This document shows, piece after piece, positions 13,232-24,400 of a DNA stretch of 64,000 nucleotides; within the stretch, counting starts at the first letter, position 1, and every line of letters begins with the position of its first letter. A program made the position numbers and the translations under genes. The stretch lies in NCBI GenBank assembly GCA_965113315.1, contig OZ220368.1. One strand, 5' to 3'. The notes beneath the pieces are model-generated. The model was not told the DNA's origin. It searched no databases and was given only the letters and a program-made list of their open reading frames with translations. The stretch is from Podarcis vaucheri. Its lineage: Eukaryota.

Positions 13232-13675
13232 CTAAAAGAGAATTCTCCCACTAATAAAGATGAAATTGCTTCCCCCCCTCTTATTGCTGAACCACTGTTA
13301 TCCTTCAATATCAGCCTGGTCGTTATCTCATGGAGGGGAAGGGGGCACAGTTTTAGCCTTACTGTATCTGACCATGCCATGGCTTTTCACATTCAGACTT
13401 GCCATCTCTGTCTTTATACAAAGGACTAGGCAATGCCCATATTGCAAAGCTTCAGTGTAGCTGCAAGGCTCAGCTCTCATTTCGGCAGAGTTTACAGAGA
13501 GCTTTCTGGTGAAGAGAGGTTATATTTGCAGTCAGCTGCTGATTCATTTCTATCTCGCAGCATTCTTGTTGTGCACACAAGCACTTTCAGTGGCCCCAAT
13601 GTGGACTTTTTTTTTGAGTTTGTGGCTATAAAATTGAGTGTAGCACAGAGAAGAGACCAGATGGAGCATCTCATT

Positions 13676-13875
13676 AGAATCTAAGAAGAGTCTTAATGTC
13701 CCATCTAGTCCAGTATCCTGTTCTCATAGCAGCCAGCCAGATGCCTGTGGGAAACTTGCATGCAGGGCATGAGCATGTGAGCACTTTGCCTTCCTATGGT
13801 TTCCACAAACTGGTTTTCAGGCGTATACTGCCTCCAAGTGTGGTTTGCAGGTTTGTGGACCATGCCCTCACTACA
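13676..13875 (-). mobile_element. CR1 3'UTR fragment (decayed)
   Basis: Reverse complement resembles 16900-17035 (GAGAACAGGATACTGGACTAGATGGG). Confidence 0.6.
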
Positions 13876-14065
13876 AGGGGAAGGAATGTAGTTCTGTAGA
13901 AGAGCACATGGTTTACATGCAAAAAGTACCAAGTTCAGTGCCTGGCACCTCCAAGTAGTTCTGGAGGAAACTTCTCTGCCTAAAACCCTGGGGAGCCACA
14001 AGCCAGTCTGTATAGACAACAATGAGCTGGATGGACCAGTGTCTGACTTGGCATAAGGTTATGTT
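13876..14065 (+). mobile_element. Decayed tRNA-derived SINE
   Basis: GTAGAAGAGCACATG..ATGCAAAAAGTACCAAGTTCAGTGCCTGGCACCTCC head; AATGAGCTGGATGGACCAGTGTCTGACTTGGCATAAGG tail. Confidence 0.55.
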
Positions 14066-15360
14066 GCTAGGTACTGTACCAGTCTAGTGTCTGCCACTGG
14101 GGAAACTTCTGAGGTGAGAGGAGTGTGGAAGAACATCAGCTTGGCAGTGTTCATATGAAGACACAGATAGATTCCTTGGGTTATCTCACGTAGCAGGGCT
14201 GAGAAGGACGTCTTCCTGAGACTCAAGAAAACTCTGTAGAACCTACCAGGCTAAATAGATTGATGTTTTTCTTAACTGGATGTCTGTCCAACTCCTTCAT
14301 AAATAAAACAGAACTTTCAGAAGGGTCGTAAGTGACTTGTCCCATTCCACAAATATCCTGACAGGTGGGAAATGCCATTGCTTCTGCCTTTATAAAGACT
14401 TATGGAAAGATAAAAAGGAATTTCTGAGGAAATGGCTCTGTTAACACTTCATTACTATTGAGCAGCATTATGTATGCATCAGGGCTGGGTGAGTGGTATT
14501 AATCACAGAGGCTGAGTAATTTTTTCTCCAGTGCAGGTCCTTGGCCTCCCACTATATGCCCAGGTAGTCTACCCTGCATTTATTCATCTATTTGTTTCTG
14601 CATAAACATTTTCAGAACTCTTTCTAGGCATTGCTAGGAACTCAAGGCTATCTAAACCCATCATAATAAAACACTATTGAAAAACACAAAGAACAGTTGT
14701 GAAAGCCCACAAGCCACAAACACCTTGGTGTGCAGTTTTTCACCAACTCTTCACAACCTTGCCAGTCTGATCTGCCAGAAGAAGGAGTTCTAAAGAATGG
14801 GTACCACATTGGAGGAGAATGCCCTGCATTTCTGTGAATAAATATTATATGCTTCAGTATTTTATGGGAACAGGAGATAGACATTGCTTCACAAAATGTG
14901 GGTGGCTCCTTCTCTGACTGTCTTTCACTGACAGCTTGTGTTATTACAGCTTGTGTCCTGTCATATGGTAATTTCAAGGTGCTGGTGGTTCCAATGCTGG
15001 AGTTCTTTGCAACAGTACAAATTCAGTGTTCAAATTGTCTGCAGTAAAGAGTTGGGACTTAGGAAAAGTACTGAAGAAGAGTAAGTCCGAAAGGGCAGGT
15101 GGACATTCATGGGAGACCTTGCAAGTGGCTGAGACTGTGCTTAATGAAGATGTCTCACCAGCCTTGCCATTGTTAAGACAGCCGTCAGAAAGCCCCAATG
15201 TGGGCTTGGTTGACAGAAATACAGCTCTTTGAGACTTTTTCCTTTAGAACATGAGTTGTGAACATGAGTTCAGGAGTTGTGGAAAATAGCATCCCATAAA
15301 GAATTGCTGGGGCCAAAGGCCACCTCAAGCATGCAGCAAAAGCTGCCTGTGGCCTCGTGA

Positions 15361-15582
15361 GTGTTAGTGTGGTGTAGTGACAGTCACTAGATGTTGGACT
15401 TAGACCAGGAAGGCTGGAGTTGAAATCCTTGCTCAGCTACAAAGCCTGCTATTTGACACTGAGCCTGTTTCCTGCCTCTTAGCCTAACCTAACTCACGTG
15501 ACTTGTGTGATCATAGAAGGGAAGAGGAACCATATATTTCACCCTGAGCTACTTAGAGGAAGGACAGGATACAAATAAATAT
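15361..15582 (+). mobile_element. Old tRNA-derived SINE (MIR/Squam3-like, decayed)
   Basis: AGTGTGGTGTAGTG head, AGCCTAACCTAACTCAC core, GAGGAAGGACAGGATACAAATAAATA tail. Confidence 0.6.
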
Positions 15583-15907
15583 ATTAATAGAGATAATGGC
15601 TGCATTTGGGGCCTGGCTTACAGGATTTTTCCAATTTACAAAAGCATTTATGAATCTTAAGGTAGATACAGTTAATAGTGTATTACAAAGCTGATGTACA
15701 TTTATGATTTATTTTTATTTTATTAAAGTATTTATAACCCACCGTACAGATATGGTGTATAGAACACAAAATAAAAAGCATACAGCCAAATCTTAGAATA
15801 AATAACAATGCGTACAAAATTATATCATTTTAGGAACTGGTTTTCTTTAGTATCCAGTCACAACAGGAGGCTGTTACCACATCTCATTATTAGAAATGGC
15901 TGATGGT

Positions 15908-16341
15908 CACATACACAGCCCAACAAGACAATGACAATAATCCACCAACAGCATACAAATCAATATGGCTAACCTGATCCAAAACACCCACCCACCTCAC
16001 TCACACACGAAAACAAAGATCACCACAGCCAATCACAAACAAACAATCACACCCTAGGCCAACCCCAACCTCTCTCACCACCAAAGGAACACAAGTAACG
16101 CTGACACCAAACTCTACACACATTAAGCATAATAGAAACATCGCCACCCGACCCCACCCCCATCCATCTTCCCTCCCTCCACCCCCCTTTCTTTTTCCTT
16201 CCTTTCTTTTTTTTTTCTTCTCCCCCTAATGCCTCAACAAATGAAATGGATTTGTAAAAATGTTACATAAAAAAAAATACGAGGCATTACACTTACTTCT
16301 GTAAAACAAGAAAATCCTTAATAAAATATTTAAAAAAGAAA
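15908..16341 (+). mobile_element. 5'-truncated poly(A)-type retroinsertion (L1/Tx1-like 3'UTR) with 16-bp TSD
   Basis: TSD AGAAATG(G/T)CTGATGGT at 15892-15907 and 16342-16357. AATAAA at 16320 is followed by an A-rich tail. The strand is strongly A/C-rich and G-poor. Confidence 0.8.
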
Positions 16342-16769
16342 AGAAATGTCTGATGGTGGGAGACTTGATAGAATTTTCCTCCTCACATGCCTTGAAAGCA
16401 CCTTTCTATATGAGCCCCAGAATTACCGGTAGTTTGCAAGCTGTGACTTGGGTTGAACGATAGCCATACCATTACAGAGCTATACAAGACCCAAAGGTAA
16501 TCTTATGCAGTGCAGTCCTAGGCACACAAACACTTTAAGTTGCAAAAGAGCACAGCTTCTGACCCTCCAGATCAAAGCAAGGCAGATGGAATCCGGCTGC
16601 AGAGCAGAAGTGAAGCAGGACTATTCTGTTGGTTTTGCAGAGAGACCAGCAGCCTTTGGTGCTTTCCCAACCATCACTTAGCAGCAGCCTTTCCGTCAGT
16701 CTCCTGAACTGTTTCTCTCACAGCTGATCATCATAAGAACTGTAACTTTCAGAACTGGGTTCTAAAACT

Positions 16770-17035
16770 GGGATGGCTTTAAAAGAGGATTAGACAAATT
16801 AATGGAGAATAAGGCTGTCATTGACTACTAGTCGTGATGGCTATGTTCTGCCTCCACTGCTGGAGACAGTATACTTCTGTCGCTCTGTTGCTCAGAATCA
16901 AAAGAGGAGAGAGGGCTGTTGTGCTCAGATCCTGCTTGCGCACTTCCCATAGGCATTTGGTTGGCCACTGTGAGAACAGGACGCTGGACTAGACGGGCCA
17001 CTGGCCTGAATCCAGCAAGCTGTTCTTATCTTATT
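16770..17035 (+). mobile_element. CR1 LINE 3' end
   Basis: GATGGCTTTAAAAGAGGATTAGACAAATT (DGFKRGLDK) ... GCTGGACTAGACGGGCCACTGGCCTGA..TTCTTA. Confidence 0.78.
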
Positions 17036-20000
17036 ATGCTTTAGATTATAAACCTGAGGGCAGGGACTTTTGTCTTGATAAATAAGCTGCTCTGGGAGCC
17101 TTTTTGATTGAAGAGTGGGTTAAAAGTGCAATAAATAACTTGTTTTTATATGTTTTTTGCTGTTGATGTTTTTATTGTTCAGTCATTTTGGGATGCTTCT
17201 TGGAAGGTGATTAATAAATAGGCCCAGCTTGATTGGACTACTGGGTACAAGATGTTGAGTAAATCCTGAGAACTTCAAGTGCACACAAAAATCTGAAAGT
17301 TTGCTAAAAAGTTTAACAAATATAAATGTTGAGCGAGTGGAAGGGGTTATGATGTCATGGGATGTTCTTTTTTTTACTTGGATGGTGGCCAGGGAGAAAG
17401 GAGGCTGATGAGGAATGCATCTCCTAGGGTATAGCAAGGAAGCTACTCTTCAGGCCTGGCCAGGAAAGAAGGAAATGCTGGAGAAAACAAATGCCTTGGC
17501 TGTTGGACACTCATCTATGCACAGGTGTATCCTAGGGATCAAGCCAACAGTGACTGTTTTCATAACATAATCATAATTGTCATTAAGAGAAGTGTGGGAG
17601 GAATCATTGCTTTGCGACAGAGCACAATTCTTTTTGCATGTATAAGGTATCAGTTTCAATCTCTGGCATCTCGGGTACTAGAGTTGGGAGCAGAGGCCAG
17701 TAAATATTTCTTGCCTTGGTGGCCAACCCAAAATTTGTTGGTGCCAAGAGTATCATCATCATCATCCTTCAGTGGGTGGGGCCTGGTCCTTGACCACATG
17801 CTGGACCCCTGAAACATAGCACAAATCTGAGAGCATTCCCCTGCTTCCTTCTCCAGCTGGAAGTCCGGAGCTGGAGTGGTGGTGGAGCATTTTGCACAGT
17901 CTGAAAATAACCTCCTGCCATCTCCATCTTGGAACTGAAAATGAGAAGAGGCTTGCTTTGACTCTGTAGTTGCTGGGTGTTCAAAATGCATGGCAGGTGC
18001 AAACAAGCCCATGTGCCTCTACATCCCTCTGCCCCTGCTTCATTGCAGAGCTAGACAAGGGAAGTGGAAACGAGTTTACAGGCAACAACCATTTTGTACC
18101 CTCTTACGCCCCATTGTGCCTTCTTCTGGGTCCAAAAGGACCCACACATCAGTGATTGTTCCTAAAGTGGTCACCATCTGTACTTGTTTTGCCTCTATAC
18201 TTGGAATCCCTAGCAAGGCAGAGACTAGTCAACGTATCTCTTCCTTCTCCCTTCAGCAGAGACTTGGGCTTCTCTTTTATACTAGAGCCTGGCTGTATGG
18301 CAGTATGGCAAGAATGGTGAACAAGACTGCGAACTCCTAGCTGGGAACAATCTTTTCCTGAAACTATGGTAGATATTATGGGGCGAGGAGGGCCAATTGC
18401 ACTGTCTAAAGCAGCTCCTTATAACTAGGACAAGAGCAGCTGCGGAAGCTAGATACCAGAAGAATTTCTCAGTGACCAGTTGAGAAAGAGGGGCAAACAT
18501 CTCTTGCTTTGCTGTTCCCGATACCATGCACAGTAAGGAGTGGGGCAGACATATCACCTGCAGTCTGGACTCCAGCTAGTGCGTGATTTCAGTATATACC
18601 TTACAGGTACATGATGGAAAGCACTGATGTGAGGTGTGCTTTTTTTAGACATTTAAGATGCCCATACTTGACCACAGATGGTTTTGCATGTTTATTTGAC
18701 TTCTGTGTAGTAAACTAAACTAAACAGTCTGTATTGTGTCAATATCCAAATTTTCTGCCCTATTCCACTAGTAGACACACTATCCATTTAGGTCCTTTAT
18801 CTTCTGATATTTAGGAGAATTTATACCCCTTTAAATCCACCACTTAAAACAATATGGTAATTTGCTGCTGGAGAACAACTGTGGGATAGTGACTTTAACA
18901 TGAGGTTTGGATTAGGGAATCCAAGATCAGATCTCTGCTCAGCCATGATGCTCACTAGGTGGCCTGGAGCAAATCCCTTTCTTAGCCCAGCTTACCTCAG
19001 GAGGCCAAAACGCTTCTGAGCTCCTTGAGCAGCAGGATAAACATGAAACAACTACATAGAACAGTAGATCATTCAGGCGATGTGGTGGCTGGTATTTATT
19101 TATACATCTGTTTTGAATGGCAACTGGATTTGAGCCTCACCAGCCTTCCACCTCATTGCAATGCCAGGTTAACCGAGGCCCCTAAATGGCAATCCAAACA
19201 ATACTTTGGCCATTCTCCAAAAAAGTTGCCTTTCTTTGTCCTCAGTGAAGAGACCTTTGGCATGGTTGGCACAGGCCAGTTGGGAAACCCTCAGCCTAAT
19301 TTCAAAGGAATTTACAAGTGATGAGGTCAGACCTCTGGCAAAGGCCAGGCCCCCCTCCACACCCACAAAGTGGGGAGGGAGACATTGAAAAGTGATGGCA
19401 CCACCCACAACTGAGTTCAGCCCCACCCACACTATGTGAGAAACTTAGCAGGCCGAGTGCCTTCCTCACTGAGCCTCAGGGATGATTTACGCCAAACATC
19501 TCAGCTCATAGTAACCACTGGAAAGGACTGTCTACTTCTAACTTTTGTACTGTACACTGCTATCCATCCCAAGCCTGTAGTATAGCATATGCTACCACAG
19601 GCTGAATTCAGCACAGATTAGGATTCTGGCAAGCCACCACTAACCTGTATTTAGAGTGGCTTGGATGGTGCCTTAAAACCTAAATTTAGCTCATTGTTTT
19701 GGATGCAGGCGAGATATAGATAATAGTATATATTTGCATGGATAAAAGTGGTGAGCCATTAGGATGGTCTAGCCTTTTTCTGTGGCTGTAAATGAAGATG
19801 TGAATCACTGTGAGCCTCTTCATCTCTCAGCAGGGGGCAACTTGTTTAGCCCAGAGCTGGGCATGATTTCTACCTGCTCAAGGATTCCTGGGCTGTGAGT
19901 GTTCCCTTTGCATGCAGGACCCTCCCACGTTCTCGAGCAAAAATGGATATGTGACGGGCCCTAGGGTGGCTCTGTCTGCCCTTCCTCCTGACAGATGGGA

Positions 20001-21171
20001 GCCTGGCATTTGTACCTTGAAGCAGAGAGCATGTTCCCCCTTCTTTCTGCCCAGCAGAGCAAAGCTCTGCTTTTAAAAATGCTGTTATTCTGCTGCCAGC
20101 AATTACAGCTAATGGATGGAGAGGTTGCAGGATGCCGACACAGGGGGAAATGTCTCCATTGTAACCTGCTGCCCCTTCCCTGCACGCTTCCCCCATTTCG
20201 GTTCTCAGGCATGCTGGCCCTTGAGGGCAGGCCATTGTTTGGGGTCTTTATGTACGTTGGAAAGGTGACATCCCATGGCAGGGGCCAGACAGGAAATGGA
20301 AATGAAGCATGTTGTGTATAGCGGACACAGATCCCTATATGGCCTGAGAACTTCTCACCTCCAGACTGGGCCTTTTGAATGCCATTGACTACCATACGGG
20401 TGATTTGTGAATTGAAGTTTCTCATTTCAGGGGCTAATAATCCAAGATCAAGCCCTAGTAACTTGTGTCTCATTCCTAAACCACTCAGGCCTAGCCTTCC
20501 ACACAAAAACATGGACTCCTGTGTATGAGGGGAGTCTCACCTTTAGGCAACAGGTTAGAAGAAATTGTTATTCATTGAAGCATCAAAGCCCACCCCCCAC
20601 TCTATGTCCCAAATCCCCGCCTTCAAACAATGAGTGGTTTATCCAGTGGCCAGTTGGGAAAAGTGCTAGGATGAAGTCAATATAAAACTAATTTTCTTTT
20701 CTTTGCGAAGAAATGAGGTGTGTGGCAGTAATGTAATTGCAGATAATGAGGTAAGTTATTCTTAATGTTCTGTCCATCTGCTGTCAGCACCATCTGAGAT
20801 ACCTGCCGGCAGTCCCAGGGACCTTCCCACTGCGGCCATATTGAAGGTATGAGGGAGGAGAGAGAGAACACCCCAATTTAATTCTCACTTCTGGTTCGTT
20901 GTTGTCATTCTGTATTCTGGTGGCATTGCGACTGTCTTGTGGGCTTGGAAGGAATTTCATATTCCGTTAGTCCATTAACTTCATCTTTTTAATTCAGCAA
21001 GTGCTATTTTTACTAAACATGCTATTCTACTGTGGAACTCATAGCCAGAGATTTCTGTTGTGTGTGTAAACACATAAAGAACTTGTATAGATAATACACA
21101 TGCAGCGGCTGCATCTAGTTGGTGGCTGAGGCTTTGAGAGCTAAGTGTGGTGTAATTTGGTCTGATTTGTT

Positions 21172-21486
21172 CTGCCCGGACGCTGAGGTCCAGCGCCGAG
21201 GGCCTTCTGGCGGTTCCGTCATTGCGAGAAGCAAAGCTACAGGGAACCAGGCAGAGGACCTTCTTGGTAGTGGCGCCCGCCCTGTGGAACGCCCTCCCAT
21301 CAGATGTCAAAGTGATAAATAACTACCTGACATTCAGAAGACATCTTAAGGCAGCCCTGTTCAGGGAGGTTTTTAATCTGTGATGTTTTAGTGTATTTCT
21401 GGTTTCTATGGAAGCTGCCCAGAGTGGCTGGGGAAACCCAGCCAGATGGGCAGGGTACAAATAATAAATTATTATTATTATTATTC
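21172..21486 (+). mobile_element. L2-type LINE 3' end (ORF2 C-terminus, 3'UTR and (TTA)n tail)
   Basis: Translates ARTLRSSAEGLLAVPSLREAKLQGTRQRTFLVVAPALWNALPSDVK..YLTFRRHLKAALFREVF, the typical L2/CR1-group ORF2 end. Confidence 0.88.
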
Positions 21487-24400
21487 ATGCAAAGAAGCTG
21501 TCACACACAGTAGTGACTATTTAAAAAGTACTACAGTGTGGCTGTTCCATGTAGCAAGCAGTTCATTTCCCTCAAAGAGGTTTGTGATTAAAAGTGACAG
21601 GTCTACGTGACAATCAGCTTCACAGGAATGGCTTCTAAGGTGCCCTGTTTTATGACTCAGGTTCCTCGCCTGTTTCTATGGCCATATTATGTGTTTTTTA
21701 TACTGAGTCAGAGCACTGATCCACCTGGGCCATTGCTGCCTGCTCCAATCGGTGGCAACAGTTACCTGTGTTTCAGGAAGTGGCCTTTCCTAGACCAGTT
21801 TACCTGTGAACCCTTTAACTGGAGATGCTAGGAACTGAACCCTTCAGCATGTGCTTAAGCACTGAGCCATGATTCCATCCCCCCAAAAAACACATTCATT
21901 GATCAGCTGTTTATGCTCAGGCTAACTCCATTATCTGTTAGATGTTCCTCACAGAGTACACAGCGATTGGATGACGTCAGCATTAGGACTTCATTCTTTA
22001 TGGGCCAGTATGAGTAATTGACCTTCGCAGTTATATGGAAACAAGTGTGGGCTTGAACTATTTGAACAGTGAAATTTCCCAAACAGGGAATAAAGGAGGG
22101 TGCAAAGGATTGTGAAGTATGGGTGTAACAGTGAGAGCTATAGAGAAATTTAGCATTTGCTTTGGATCGTACTTCAAACTATGGTATGTTTAGATCAGTA
22201 TTTGGTTCTAACAAGCTTATTCCATATGCTCATTATCCCATCATCCTTAATGAATCCCCCCTTTTAAAATTTACGGAACTTGGACACAAATAGGGCAAAC
22301 AGGCTAGATAAACTGGCTGACTTCAAGGGGTTCTGAGCCTATGGTGGCAACAACCCCTTCTCAGCTTCCTATATTTTTGAAAGGGCACTGGGGTTGAAAC
22401 TGGCACTGTTGTGATCCCCTGTGACTAAAGACAAGGCTGATTTATTTGTGGACCGGCAGCAATGTAGTGGTTTTTCTTGAGACAGCAAAGGGAGCTCACT
22501 TGAGTTAGTTTTGCATCTGACCTGGAACTTGAACCAGTAGGGTGCCCTTGGTTAGAAATGATGCAAATATGACACATTAGAATTCAAATAGAGTTTCTTA
22601 ATCTGCTATATTTTATTCTGATTGCAGGTTTTGCAAAAGATTATTTTTAAAAAGTAGTAGAGAAAATTATAGGGAAAATACCACAAGGAGATGATATTAT
22701 CCAAACTATATCCTGCTTCAACATTCCCCTTGCCCTGGCTGCCTTTTAAATCACAATACATCAAACTTATCAGAAGTGTGACAAATTCAATGTTGTCTAA
22801 GAAAAATGTATTTAAAAACCAAGTGCAATTCTGTGAGGAGTGTGCATTTACAGGAAAGACAGAAAGATGTGTCCTGGGACAATGAGGAACCTCTCTGAAA
22901 TGAAATGTGGCAAAACTGTTAGTGTGGATCCTGCCTAAGTTCTCCACCTTTTGCAAAACTGATAGGGTCATTTTGAGAACAACTGAAGCAATATATATTG
23001 AAAAACATTTTGCATGCTAAAGCTTAAACTAGTACCTTACATTTGCACATTCATGCATCCTGTTTTATTTTTCAGAGGGTCATATTAGCATGCAGGACAG
23101 CAGACTAAAATTACTACATTTGTGGTTAATAATAAAGGATCAGAAAGCAGAGAGGATATTGGGGTGGGGAGAAGGGGACGAGTGTTTCCCATGAGACCAG
23201 TCTTCTTTACTTCATGCAGCTCTGTGTCCCCATTGACACAGGTGCCTTTTAGTGATTTTGTTCCTTTGTGAATAATGAGGACTAGCCTACAAGATGCATT
23301 GGTCTAAGAAAAATGTGCTTTGCCCTAACTTGCCTTTCATTTTTGCCCTGGAAGTCTGCAGATCAGTTGCCAGTGGATGCTGAAAAGGCTTTAAGTCAGG
23401 AGATAATTCTTGACTAGATCCAGAAAGCACCTGTCTTTCCTGTGATAACCAGTCCACTCTGACCTGTGATACGTTAGGGATGCTCTTGAGAAAAACCTAA
23501 GAGAAAGCCCATGGAAGGGGTGAAGGGGCTGAGACCGATGTGAGTGAGGTGTGAGGCAGAGGTGCAAGCCACCCAGGGACAGTGGGGGCATCTTGGTGCT
23601 CTCTCAACAATACAGCCATCATCCGGCAGCTCATCGGTCACAGCGTGATGGATTTCAGTCTGGCGCTGGTTGTTAGCAAACTGGCAGGCAGCAAGGTTAG
23701 GACTTACAGGTATGATGGCAAGACAGAAAACATCCTTATTTCCAGTTGCGTTGGCAGAGTTGTGAGATACTGTGACAGTGGGTGACGGCGCACAGGTTGT
23801 TTGAGCAGACTCTTTCGTTGGGTAACAAAGGCAAATAAAGGGAAGCCAGAAGCAAGGCAGGCAGCCCAATGAACGTCCTCCCCCACCCCCCCAGTGCCGA
23901 GAGCTGTTGTACAAAGAGAGCAGCGATATTATTCATTAACAGGAATCTGCCATTCCAGCAGTGACAAATGGCCTCTCGCTGCCTCTGCATCAGCTCCTGT
24001 ACAGACCATAAAGCATGGGGACAGCTTAAATATGGACCTGCTCAGCGCAGGCCATTGGGTGATCTGTCTTGGTGGCTATAATGCAGGTGCAGCCAGCTTC
24101 ACTCCAAATGAGCACATTTCCCAAGGCCGGGCGCAGAGACCAGTTAGTTCCAGCATCTCATTGGGATTTCATGAGGGACTGTTTCAGCATCTCTAGCCTT
24201 GCTGTCCCTACTGTGCAGGGTCATCTGTTGCACACACTTCACATTTGGATCTGTGTCTGCATCCGCTGGGGCCAGAATTTAAACTCTCATTTACACAAGG
24301 GCAGGGCAGGCTTTAGCCTTTTGGCCATGTAAACTATAAAGACTAAGTTGTTGCCCTGTCCCCACCCTTGGCCAACTCATCTTTTTGTTTTTCACACACA

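Noticed and set aside
18282-18340. Possible penultimate ERI3 exon
   Set aside because: Only superficial similarity; it does not encode the expected ...NGLLDMNKGL..HIGRPHSGI peptide.
19827-19840. CTCF-like motif (also ~31501 and ~54520)
   Set aside because: Single imperfect matches cannot be supported without ChIP or conservation data.
19961-20512. Longest ORF in the track (183 aa, minus strand)
   Set aside because: No recognisable domain or splice structure; lies antisense in the ERI3 intron; consistent with chance.
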